Source: an uncultured Dictyoglomota bacterium (lineage in GTDB: Bacteria > Dictyoglomota > Dictyoglomia > Dictyoglomales > Dictyoglomaceae). Taken from it: a stretch of 64,000 nt of DNA. Shown in pieces: positions 31,031 through 40,325 of this stretch. The stretch is taken from assembly GCA_964654465.1 (NCBI GenBank), contig CAZZIO010000022.1, positions 1 to 64,000 of the forward strand, read 5' to 3'. Position 1 is the first letter of the stretch. Every line of letters begins with the position of its first letter. The translations under genes were made by a program, and so were the position numbers. The notes beneath the pieces are model-generated. The model was given only the letters and a program-made list of their open reading frames with translations, was not told the origin of the DNA and ran no database searches.

Positions 31031-31433
31031 TTATTTCATTAAGTATACTATTATTCCTAATATAGCCTTTTATATCTAAGGATAAGTTATCCTTTAATTT
31101 AATAGCTAATATCAAATAAAAAATATCCTTCAACATATGATTAATATCATCCAGAGAGGGCTCTACCCCCTTCTCTGGATGGGAATGATAAACTCCTAAC
31201 ATTTTTAAGCCATTTTTCTCAATATCTCTAAATACATAAAGCTCATCTAAGGGATCTATTAAATAGCTATTATAAGGTGATAAAGAAGCATTCTTGACTT
31301 TATAAACCTTCTCAATGATAAATTTTTCCTCCTTTGTATTTCCCCCAAAAATACCACAAGCTTCTTTTGGATACTCATCAATAGCATGATTAATTACAAA
31401 CTTTAACTGATCTTTTTTTAAGATTATTCTCAT
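31014..31433 (-). CDS. JAB/MPN+ (Mov34, JAMM) metallopeptidase
   Basis: YPKEACG...YHSHP...PSLDD, a complete E/HxH/SxxD motif. Confidence 0.9.
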   Translation of the reverse strand: MRIILKKDQLKFVINHAIDEYPKEACGIFGGNTKEEKFIIEKVYKVKNASLSPYNSYLIDPLDELYVFRDIEKNGLKMLGVYHSHPEKGVEPSLDDINHMLKDIFYLILAIKLKDNLSLDIKGYIRNNSILNEITIVVI

Positions 31434-32420
31434 CTATTTACCCATTGCAGTCAAAACATTAGGACAATAAGGATCAGGCTTTCTCAAATCCCCATTAATT
31501 ATCCAAGATCTCGCATAACAGCCACCCCCACAAAAATCCAATATCTCACAATTGTAACAATAATTAGTTCTCTCCTTAAGTTCTTTATATAAAGGATTCT
31601 TTAATATATCATTGATTGCCTCTTTCAATGATTTTGTCCTAATTTCTGCTATAGGAATATCAATAACATCACAAATTAATATATCTCCTGTAGGTGCAAG
31701 ATCAATAAAATCAAAAGCATGACATTTATCCACATAAATATTTTGAGGAAGGTCTAAAAGTTTAAGAAAAGGGGCACACCAAATATTTATTTTATAGTTT
31801 TCTTCCATTGCTTTAACGGATAATTCCTTTATGCTCTCTAATATTCTTGAGGAATCAAGATAAATATGAGATTTCTTAGCCTCACCTGAAGGGATAACAG
31901 GAATAATACAGAGTTCCTTAGCAAGATTTTTCTTTGCAAAATCTACCATGTTAGGTAAATCTTTATAATTAAATGTGGAAACCGAAAAAATTATGGAATA
32001 AGGTATATCCAAATTGTTAAGTATTTCTAATTTTTTTAATAAAATATCAAAGGTTCCTTTTCCCCTCAATTTTTCATAAATTTCTTTATCACTTCCATCA
32101 ACAGACACATAAAGATAGACATCATTTTCTTTTATAAATTTCGCTTTTTCATAGTCTAAAAGAAGGAGATTTGTATTTATGGAGACATTTAAATCTAAGT
32201 TCTTAGCCTCAACAATGTAATCAAATAATTCGGGGATTAAGAGAGTCTCTCCTCCTGTAAAATCAATATGAGTAAAATTTAATTTTTTTGCTTCTCCTAT
32301 TAATTTTAATACTCTTTCTTTTGATATTTTTTTCTCCCAATTTCTAGCATGTACATAACAATGTGGACAATTCAAATTACATTTAATATCTAAAATCCAA
32401 ATTATTTCAGTAAAGAAGAT
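31434..32420 (-). CDS. Radical SAM protein with SPASM domain; probable non-canonical ATC start
   Basis: CNLNCPHC motif (first Cys upstream of ORF-track start 32375), FTGGE, SVDG, SPASM C...G..L.C...CYNC....CGGGC...DPYC; SD AGGGAGG 5 nt before ATC. Confidence 0.88.
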   Translation of the reverse strand: MFFTEIIWILDIKCNLNCPHCYVHARNWEKKISKERVLKLIGEAKKLNFTHIDFTGGETLLIPELFDYIVEAKNLDLNVSINTNLLLLDYEKAKFIKENDVYLYVSVDGSDKEIYEKLRGKGTFDILLKKLEILNNLDIPYSIIFSVSTFNYKDLPNMVDFAKKNLAKELCIIPVIPSGEAKKSHIYLDSSRILESIKELSVKAMEENYKINIWCAPFLKLLDLPQNIYVDKCHAFDFIDLAPTGDILICDVIDIPIAEIRTKSLKEAINDILKNPLYKELKERTNYCYNCEILDFCGGGCYARSWIINGDLRKPDPYCPNVLTAMGK

Positions 32421-32601
32421 ATCAACCTCCCTTTTTAAGATTTAAATTATTTTATTTTTTGAGTATTTAAAGTTTACAATCTTAAAAAAAATTTGTCAAA
32501 AAATTGGAATCAATTTTTAAAAAATGAATTTTTAAAAGAACTATAAATCTCAGCTTAAATAAATATTAAGAAAACAATAATGTAACTAATACCATGACCA
32601 T

Positions 32602-32629
32602 TTGACATAGAAAATTAATTTGTGATAAT
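32602..32629 (+). promoter_or_regulatory. Sigma70-type promoter of amylase gene
   Basis: TTGACA-16nt-GATAAT with extended TG. Confidence 0.6.
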
Positions 32630-32740
32630 CTTTATCCCAAGAAGCGTAGGGTAGGTAAAAAGCCCGGGCGAGTGTAAACAATACGCTCTCCGGGCTTCTA
32701 AAATTTATCTTTATTAACACATGTTAATGAGGAGGAAAAC

Positions 32741-34228
32741 ATGAATAAAAAATTGAAATTTATTATAATCTTTTTATTTATTACCCTTTTATTTTTATTT
32801 TATGCCCATGGATATAATTTACCTTGGTACAAAAATGCAACTTTTTATGAGATTTTCGTTAGATCTTTTGCAGATAGTGATGGTGATAAAGTGGGAGATT
32901 TAAAAGGATTAACTAATAAATTAGATTATCTAAAAGAACTTAATATAGATGGCATATGGTTAATGCCCATATTTATGTCTGTAAGTTATCATGGATACGA
33001 TGTAACTGACTTTTATGACATTCATCCAGCATATGGAAATATGGAAGATTTTGAAGAATTAATTAAAGAAGCCCATAGAAAAAAGATAAAAATAATTCTT
33101 GATTTAGTTGTAAATCACACCTCATCCCGACATCCTTGGTTCATAAGTGCATCAAACTCTTATACTTCCCTATACAGAGATTATTATATTTGGAACAATA
33201 CAAAACCAACTCAGAACTCCAATTTTTGGTATTATAAAAATACGGGTTATTACTATGCCTTCTTTTGGTCTGAAATGCCTGATCTAAACTTTGATAATAC
33301 AAAGGTTAGAGAAGAAATCAAAAAGATAGCTAAATATTGGCTCGAAAAAGGTGTAGATGGATTTAGACTTGACGCTGTAAAGCATATATATGATGACGAT
33401 AATAAAAACATATTATGGTGGAAAGAGTTTTATGATTATTTAAAAAAAATCAAACCAGATGTATATCTTGTGGGAGAAGTCTGGGACAACGAATATGTAA
33501 TAGCAGAATATTATAAGTCACTTCCTTCGCTTTTTAACTTTCCCCTTTCAGACAAAATTATGAGTTCAGTAGCAAATCAAAGAGATTTAGGAATATGCGA
33601 TTTTTTAGATATGGAAAGAGAAATGTTTAAAGAAAATTATTCCGATTTTACTGATGCTACCTTCTTAAGAAATCATGATCAGGTTAGAGTAAGAACATCT
33701 TTTGGGGGGAGTATTGATAAAAGTCTACTTGCAGGTTCCATATACCTAACTCTTCCTGGAACTCCCTTTATATATTATGGTGAAGAAATAGGGATGGAAG
33801 GAGCAAAACCAGACGAATACATAAGAGAACCTTTTAAATGGACAGATCAAATGAATTCCAAAGAACAAACCTACTGGATAAAGCCTAAATATAATATTCC
33901 TAACAATGGCATATCCTATACTACAGAAAAAGAGGATAAGAATAGTATATTAAACCATTATAAACTACTCCTTAAACTAAGGAAAGAATATAAAGCTTTA
34001 TCCTTGGGAGAAATGAAAAAAATTAATCTAAATGATAAAAGTTTATTGGCATACCTAAGAGAAATAGATAATGAAGAAATATTAGTAATACATAATCTTA
34101 ATAGGGTAGAAAAGATGATAAGTCTAAACTTTACTTTTAAGAATATTCTCTATTCAAGAAACACTAACATAAAAGATAATAAAATAATATTAGGTCCCTT
34201 TAGCAGTATCATAATCGAAGTTCAATAA
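32741..34228 (+). CDS. Secreted alpha-amylase, GH13 (MPDLN/GH13_36-like)
   Basis: Signal peptide; YHGYDV, DLVVNH, MPDLN, GFRLDAVKH, GEVW, NHD, YYGEEIG. Confidence 0.93.
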   Translation: MNKKLKFIIIFLFITLLFLFYAHGYNLPWYKNATFYEIFVRSFADSDGDKVGDLKGLTNKLDYLKELNIDGIWLMPIFMSVSYHGYDVTDFYDIHPAYGNMEDFEELIKEAHRKKIKIILDLVVNHTSSRHPWFISASNSYTSLYRDYYIWNNTKPTQNSNFWYYKNTGYYYAFFWSEMPDLNFDNTKVREEIKKIAKYWLEKGVDGFRLDAVKHIYDDDNKNILWWKEFYDYLKKIKPDVYLVGEVWDNEYVIAEYYKSLPSLFNFPLSDKIMSSVANQRDLGICDFLDMEREMFKENYSDFTDATFLRNHDQVRVRTSFGGSIDKSLLAGSIYLTLPGTPFIYYGEEIGMEGAKPDEYIREPFKWTDQMNSKEQTYWIKPKYNIPNNGISYTTEKEDKNSILNHYKLLLKLRKEYKALSLGEMKKINLNDKSLLAYLREIDNEEILVIHNLNRVEKMISLNFTFKNILYSRNTNIKDNKIILGPFSSIIIEVQ

Positions 34229-35170
34229 TTTTTCCCAGATTTTACTATCTACCATATAACCTGCTTTTTCATAAGCAATTAAGGCAGCTCCTACCGCTGG
34301 AGGTATTCTAAGAGGTACAACCTTACTTTTTTCTGCGAACATTTTCATCTTGGAATGAATATACTCAGGAAGCCAACTTGCTCCCTTATATATACTTCCG
34401 GCTAAAACAACTGGTGTTTCATCTTCTAATAAATCTAATTTTTGCATCAAATTATAAGCAGAAATTACAGTTTCATCTACTATTTTCTCTACAATTCTCC
34501 TTGCCACTTTATCTCCCTTTCTCACACACTCAAAAAGTAAAGGAGCAAGTCCTAAAACCTTATGATATTCCTCAGAGTTATAATATAATCTTTTGGCAAG
34601 TTCATTATAGTCCTTTGCAGAAAAATACTTCAGTACTTCACTTTCAAGGAGGGTTTTCTCCCCTCTACCATCATAAGATCTAAAAGCGTAGAATAACATC
34701 TCTTGTACTACAGATGAAGCACCTCCCCAATCTCCAAAAACATAGCCTTCCCCAAAATATCTATATGATCTTCCATCCTTTGATCTTCCATATCCATTAT
34801 TGCCAGTACCCATTATTATGATTACACCCCAGAACTCCATATTCCCAGCCCTTAAAGCAATGGGGGCATCATTTTCAATAACTAAATCCTTAGCTATGTT
34901 TAAGGATCTTGCATCTTTCTCCAACATCTCAAAATCCTCTGGGAAATCTGCACCTGCAAGCCCAAAACATGCAAAATCAAATATAATATCCCCTATTTTT
35001 TCTTTAGCCTTATCTATAGCTAACATCCAATTTTTCTTTGCCCTTTCAATACCTATACCCTCATAATTTCCAGGGCCAGATCTACCAAAGCCTACAATTT
35101 CTCCTTTTTCATTTAAAATAATAGCCTCTGTTTTTGTACCTCCAGCATCTAAGCCAAGAAAGTATCTCAT
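34190..35170 (-). CDS. BadF/BadG/BcrA/BcrD-type sugar kinase (GlcNAc-kinase-like)
   Basis: GLDAGGTKT, GLAGAD, ENDA, MGTG, GDWGGA. Confidence 0.85.
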   Translation of the reverse strand: MRYFLGLDAGGTKTEAIILNEKGEIVGFGRSGPGNYEGIGIERAKKNWMLAIDKAKEKIGDIIFDFACFGLAGADFPEDFEMLEKDARSLNIAKDLVIENDAPIALRAGNMEFWGVIIIMGTGNNGYGRSKDGRSYRYFGEGYVFGDWGGASSVVQEMLFYAFRSYDGRGEKTLLESEVLKYFSAKDYNELAKRLYYNSEEYHKVLGLAPLLFECVRKGDKVARRIVEKIVDETVISAYNLMQKLDLLEDETPVVLAGSIYKGASWLPEYIHSKMKMFAEKSKVVPLRIPPAVGAALIAYEKAGYMVDSKIWEKLLNFDYDTAKGT

Positions 35171-35180
35171 ATATTACTCC

Positions 35181-36431
35181 TTAACTTAATTTTGGGAAAT
35201 ATTCTTTATTTTCCTCTATTAATCTATTAAGAACTTTTTCCGCAAGAGTAAATGAAGAGATTAATGGATGTTGTGCAAGAGCAAAAACAGCCTTTTTATA
35301 CGAACCTTCCATAGCAGACTCTATTGTCAATCTCTCATATACTTTTACAGCCTGTATGATTCCTTTTACTTCGAGAGGTAAATTACCTATAATATACCTT
35401 TGAAACATATCATGTTTTACGTAAACCGGTATCTCCACCACTGAATCATCCGGAAGATCTCTTATAGCCCCATTATTCATAACGTTTATTATCTGAAACC
35501 CATCTTTCATACCTAAAAGATGCATAATCAGATTAACAGCAGATATTGAATAATATGCTCCCCCTCTTTTGGAAAGTTCCACTGGTTTATTATCTACCTT
35601 AGGGTCACTATATATTTTTAATAACTCTTCTTCTACTTTCATCACTTCTTCTGCTCTTTTTGGTTTATGTTTTAACTCTTCAACTTTTTCCTCTCTAAAA
35701 AAGTAATATCTGAGATAATAATTGGGGAATAAACCTAAAATGTCTATAATTCTTTTTTCCTCTTCCGACAATTTTTCTTTTGCCTTATCTAATAAATATT
35801 GAGTTTTATCTTCTCCCTTTATAAATATTCTTCTTACAAAACTCAAATGATTAAGACCAAAATAGTCTAAAAAGACCTCTTCTAAGCTTACACCTGATAA
35901 ATCAGCAAAAAATTTTTGAAAATTTATAGGCACATTACATAAACCTATAGCCTTTACTTTAGTATATCTGAGAAGCATTTCTGTGATTATTCCGGAAGGA
36001 TTAGTAAAATTAATAAACCAAGCATTAGGAGCATATCTTTCTACCTTTTTTGCTATATCATAAACCACTGGTATAGTTCTAAGAGCATTTGCAAATCCGC
36101 CTGCCCCAGTAGTCTCTTGTCCTAAAAGATTAAATTCTAAAGGAATAGTTTCATCTAAGAGTCGCGATTTATTACCTCCAACCCTTATTTGATTTATTAT
36201 AAAATCAGCTCCCTCTAAATTTTCTTCCAAATTTGTACTTTTTAAAAATTCTATTTCAGCTCCAGCTTTTCTGGCCATCCTTAATAGAAAATCATATACA
36301 ATATTTAATCTTTCAGTATTAATATCAATAAGAACAATTTTTAAAGGATGAACCTCTTGCCAAATATTTAAAAACCCTTCAATTAATTCTGGAGCATATG
36401 TACTACCTCCACCAATAACTACTACTTTCAT
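35181..36431 (-). CDS. GH4 6-phospho-beta-glucosidase
   Basis: IGGGSTY, QIRVGG, GQETTGAGG, NFTNP, GLCNVP, GLNH, KRGGAYYS. Confidence 0.92.
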   Translation of the reverse strand: MKVVVIGGGSTYAPELIEGFLNIWQEVHPLKIVLIDINTERLNIVYDFLLRMARKAGAEIEFLKSTNLEENLEGADFIINQIRVGGNKSRLLDETIPLEFNLLGQETTGAGGFANALRTIPVVYDIAKKVERYAPNAWFINFTNPSGIITEMLLRYTKVKAIGLCNVPINFQKFFADLSGVSLEEVFLDYFGLNHLSFVRRIFIKGEDKTQYLLDKAKEKLSEEEKRIIDILGLFPNYYLRYYFFREEKVEELKHKPKRAEEVMKVEEELLKIYSDPKVDNKPVELSKRGGAYYSISAVNLIMHLLGMKDGFQIINVMNNGAIRDLPDDSVVEIPVYVKHDMFQRYIIGNLPLEVKGIIQAVKVYERLTIESAMEGSYKKAVFALAQHPLISSFTLAEKVLNRLIEENKEYFPKLS

Positions 36432-36521
36432 TTTGGAATACCTCCAAGAATTATTTTGTTTCTTCTAATTATAACATACTTTATGGTTTTGTAAACCATG
36501 TTTACTATTTTATTACATTCT

Positions 36522-37376
36522 TTACATAAATTTTTTTACTATTTTATCAAACATATCATTAGGATCTCTCTTCTTTTTATATAGAGGTTCGCCTTGTAAT
36601 TGAGGAATAACCTCTTCAAAGGTTGGTCTCTCTTTTTTATAAATAACTCCTATAGGTATCCTTTCACTCCATTCAAGAGATTTCTCAAAAGCCAAGTGTA
36701 TATCTGAAGGATCATAATCTGGACCAAGTTTATATACTCTTTCTTTATACCATTGAAAAGTATTTACCTTATTAAAAGTTACACATGGTTGAAGAATATC
36801 TAATAGAGCAAACCCATTGTGAAGTATAGCAAGTTTCATCATTTCTGTAAGATGATCTGGATCTCCAGAAAAGGACCTTGCTGCAAAAGATGCACCACTT
36901 GCAATAGCTAAGGATATGGGATTCAAGGACGGATAAGGTACCCCCAACGGCTGAACCTTAGTCTTCATTCCCATATCGCTTGTGGGTGATGCCTGACCTT
37001 TTGTTAGACCGTATATTTGGTTATTATGTACAAAAACTTTTATATTTAAATTTCTTCTCATATTATGAATCAAATGATTACCTCCTTCTCCATAGGTATT
37101 TCCATCTCCTGATTCACATATCACAAGAAGCTCTTTATTAGCTATCTTAGCTCCACAGGCTACTGGTATATCTCTTCCATGAAGTCCATTAAAGAGGTTG
37201 CATTTAAAATAGTGAGGCGCTTTTGCAGCTTGACCAATACCAGAAACCATTAGTAATCTATAAGGTGGAATCTCAAGTTCTGCCAATGCTCTTTTTATAC
37301 AATTCAAAATAGACCAGTTTCCACATCCTGGACACCATGCAGGTATTTGATTATTATCAAAGTCCTCTATTCTCAT
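36522..37376 (-). CDS. 2-oxoacid:ferredoxin oxidoreductase beta subunit
   Basis: WCPGCG, LHGR, GDG..GEG, NNQIYGLTKGQ, QPCVTFN. Confidence 0.93.
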   Translation of the reverse strand: MRIEDFDNNQIPAWCPGCGNWSILNCIKRALAELEIPPYRLLMVSGIGQAAKAPHYFKCNLFNGLHGRDIPVACGAKIANKELLVICESGDGNTYGEGGNHLIHNMRRNLNIKVFVHNNQIYGLTKGQASPTSDMGMKTKVQPLGVPYPSLNPISLAIASGASFAARSFSGDPDHLTEMMKLAILHNGFALLDILQPCVTFNKVNTFQWYKERVYKLGPDYDPSDIHLAFEKSLEWSERIPIGVIYKKERPTFEEVIPQLQGEPLYKKKRDPNDMFDKIVKKFM

Positions 37377-39046
37377 CCCATTATCTCCCTCACTCCCTCC
37401 ATAATTTCTTCTACAAAAAATGGCATACCATTATATTTAACAATACCTCTATCTACTTTTATGCATAATTCTTTTCTTATTAAAGCAGCTAATTGTCCTT
37501 CATAATTTCCTTCTATGGTATATAGTTTTTTATCTTTAAAATCATTAAGAATTTTTGTTGGTAAAGGGTAGACATCAGAAAAATGTAAATGTCCTATCTC
37601 ATATCCTTCCTTCAACAAATTAGAAATAGCTTCTCTTATTACCCCGTATGTTGATCCCCAACCGATAAAAACTACCTTGGACTTATCTACACCAAAATAA
37701 ACAGGTTCTTCCACATCTCTCATAATAGCTAATTTCTTTCTCAACCTCTTTTCTACCATCTTTTTTCTTATATTTAAATCTTCTGTAATATGTCCCTCTT
37801 CATCATGTTCATCACTATCAGTAATCACAAAACCCTCAAATTCTCCTGGGATAGCCAAAGGAGAAATTCCATCCTCAGTAATCTTATGCCTTAAATAGTT
37901 TTTATCTCCCAATATCCTATAATTCTTAATCCCAGGAACATGAAGACCATCTATAACAGCCTTAGAATCAATAAGATACTGATCAGTAAGAATAATAGAT
38001 GGCACCTGATATTTTTCAGCTATCTCAAAAGCCTTTATAGTTTTATAATAAGCATCCTTCTGATCTCTTGGTGCAGTGACATATTTGGGAAATTCTCCAT
38101 GACCCGCATGAATAACAAAATTAAGATCAGCTTGTTCTGTTCTTGTAGGAAGACCTGTAGCTGGTCCAGGACGTTGAGCTACATGAATAACCACAGGAGT
38201 TTCTGTCATACCAGCCAAGCTCAAGCCCTCCACCATTAAAGCAAATCCTCCTCCAGAGGTGGTTACCATAGATCTTGCTCCTGCAAAAAAACCTCCAACT
38301 GCCATATTTATTGCAGCGATTTCATCTTCAGCTTGTTCTACTACAATATCAAAATCAATTTCATGTTCTGCTAAAAAATTCATTACTGCAGTACCTGGAG
38401 TCATAGGATAAGAAGCAAGGAATTTACAACCTGCTACAATAGCACCAAATCCTACAGCCTCTCCTCCATTTATTATTAATCTTCCTTCTCTTTCTCTTTT
38501 TGGAAATTCTCCACATCTTCTATTTATATTCAATGCATAAATATATCCTGCCTCTAATGCTTTAATGTTCATATCTATGTATTCATCTTTAAAGGATTCA
38601 GAAATCACTTTTTTCATCTCTTCTAAGTCACCAGATACTAATCCCAAAAGAACCCCACAAATAACAGTATTTTCTACTAACTTCGTCTTAGCCACCTCTT
38701 GGGCAATTTTTCTAACTGGGACTTTATACATCCCATCAAAACTAAAATCTCCTTTTATATTTTCATCACAAATAATATGTCCACCTTTTTTAACATGTCC
38801 CTTATGAAGCTCAATAGTTTCACTATTTAAGGCAACAAGAATATCTATTTTCTCACTATCTATAGCATAAATAGGATTATCCGAAATTCTTATTAAGCTA
38901 TAATTATGGCCACCTCTTATGCGGGATTGATAACTTTCAATAGTAAAAATAAAATAGCCTATTCGGTAAAAAAATTTAGAAAGGATATTAGATATGGTTT
39001 GTATTCCTTGGCCAGCCTCTCCCCCTATTAATATTTTACAATCCAT
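37373..39046 (-). CDS. 2-oxoacid:ferredoxin oxidoreductase alpha (gamma-fused) subunit
   Basis: GGEAGQG, SRIRGGH, YPMTP, EDEIAA, TSGGG, QRPGPATGLPT. Confidence 0.93.
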   Translation of the reverse strand: MDCKILIGGEAGQGIQTISNILSKFFYRIGYFIFTIESYQSRIRGGHNYSLIRISDNPIYAIDSEKIDILVALNSETIELHKGHVKKGGHIICDENIKGDFSFDGMYKVPVRKIAQEVAKTKLVENTVICGVLLGLVSGDLEEMKKVISESFKDEYIDMNIKALEAGYIYALNINRRCGEFPKREREGRLIINGGEAVGFGAIVAGCKFLASYPMTPGTAVMNFLAEHEIDFDIVVEQAEDEIAAINMAVGGFFAGARSMVTTSGGGFALMVEGLSLAGMTETPVVIHVAQRPGPATGLPTRTEQADLNFVIHAGHGEFPKYVTAPRDQKDAYYKTIKAFEIAEKYQVPSIILTDQYLIDSKAVIDGLHVPGIKNYRILGDKNYLRHKITEDGISPLAIPGEFEGFVITDSDEHDEEGHITEDLNIRKKMVEKRLRKKLAIMRDVEEPVYFGVDKSKVVFIGWGSTYGVIREAISNLLKEGYEIGHLHFSDVYPLPTKILNDFKDKKLYTIEGNYEGQLAALIRKELCIKVDRGIVKYNGMPFFVEEIMEGVREIMG

Positions 39047-39085
39047 TTTTTCTCTACCCCTTTTTTGTAATTATTATAACTTATT

Positions 39086-40204
39086 TTAAACCTCTTTAAA
39101 ATACCCTAAAAACCCTAATATACCAGCTCCTATTAACAGACTATCTCTACCTAATTTTGATGAATAAAAGAAAATCTTACCCCTCAAATTATTAAATATA
39201 TGTTTTTCTACTTTTTCTTTTAAAATTTTTGTGATCATATCAAGAATATTTTGATTTATAAACATATTACCAGAAATACATACAGCTTCAGGAGCCAAAA
39301 GATGTATAGCATTTGCTAACGAAATCCCTAAATAATTAAAAGTTCTCTCCAGAATTTCATTTTCCCTTTTATACAAAAATTCCTTCAGAACGTTTTCAAA
39401 ATCGTTCTCATAACCAAAATCCTTAACTATTTTAGAAAGGGAGGCATAAATTTCCAAACAACCAGAATTACCACACCAACACTTCTCACCATTTTCTTTA
39501 ATAGTAGTATGACCAATTTCACCTTCGATACCCTGAAAACCTTCCAAGATCTCTCCTTTATAAAATATTCCAAGTCCAATACCTTTCTCTAATAATAGAT
39601 AAAAAAATGTATTATATCTACCAGCATCCCCATACCAATTTTCAGCTATTAATCCCACATTAGTATCCTTTTCTATATATATAGGTTTCTTATAATATTT
39701 TTCTAAAAATGATATAATCTCGAAATTTTCCCAATTTAAACTTACAGAAAGAATAACCTTTCCATTTTCCCTATCAATTATTCCTGGTACTGAGAGAAAA
39801 ATAGCAATTATTTTTTCACTGTATTTCCTATAAAGAGGATCTATAAGCTTTAATAAATCTTCTTTAGCATCTATCTTGTATGATATACTCTCCTCAATTT
39901 CTCCTTTTGCATTAAAAATAGCAGATCTTCCTTCCATACCACTAAGATCTACTGAAAGTACCTTCAAATCTGGATTAATAATTAACTTAGTAGGCCTTCT
40001 TCCTCTCTCTGTCTCCACTTTTCCTACTTCTATTATTATTTTCTTTTTAATAAGATCATCTACTATCTCTGAAATAGCAGTCTTTGTAAGATTAGATATT
40101 CGAGCAAGTTCAGCTCGTGATCTTGGTCCTGTTCTCATTAATATTTCAAGAATAAGATTTTTGTTATATGTTCCTATATATTCAGGAGTTCTCCCTTTCT
40201 TCAT
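39086..40204 (-). CDS. ROK family transcriptional regulator
   Basis: N-terminal wHTH (SRAELA..LT..., GRRP), GEIGH, CWCGNSGCLE. Confidence 0.9.
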   Translation of the reverse strand: MKKGRTPEYIGTYNKNLILEILMRTGPRSRAELARISNLTKTAISEIVDDLIKKKIIIEVGKVETERGRRPTKLIINPDLKVLSVDLSGMEGRSAIFNAKGEIEESISYKIDAKEDLLKLIDPLYRKYSEKIIAIFLSVPGIIDRENGKVILSVSLNWENFEIISFLEKYYKKPIYIEKDTNVGLIAENWYGDAGRYNTFFYLLLEKGIGLGIFYKGEILEGFQGIEGEIGHTTIKENGEKCWCGNSGCLEIYASLSKIVKDFGYENDFENVLKEFLYKRENEILERTFNYLGISLANAIHLLAPEAVCISGNMFINQNILDMITKILKEKVEKHIFNNLRGKIFFYSSKLGRDSLLIGAGILGFLGYFKEV

Positions 40205-40325
40205 ACTACTTCTCTCCTTTTTGTTAAACTTAATATTAAATTCATTAAAATTTTAACATAAAAAATTTTTTTTCCAATTGTGATATAATATCCTACTAAA
40301 AACCAAAAAGGTGGTGTCAATTAAA

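Noticed and set aside
32633-32665. PreQ1-I or partial TPP riboswitch (AGCGTAGGG; short stem with A-rich tail)
   Set aside because: Lacks the conserved loop and core nucleotides, and the downstream gene is unrelated
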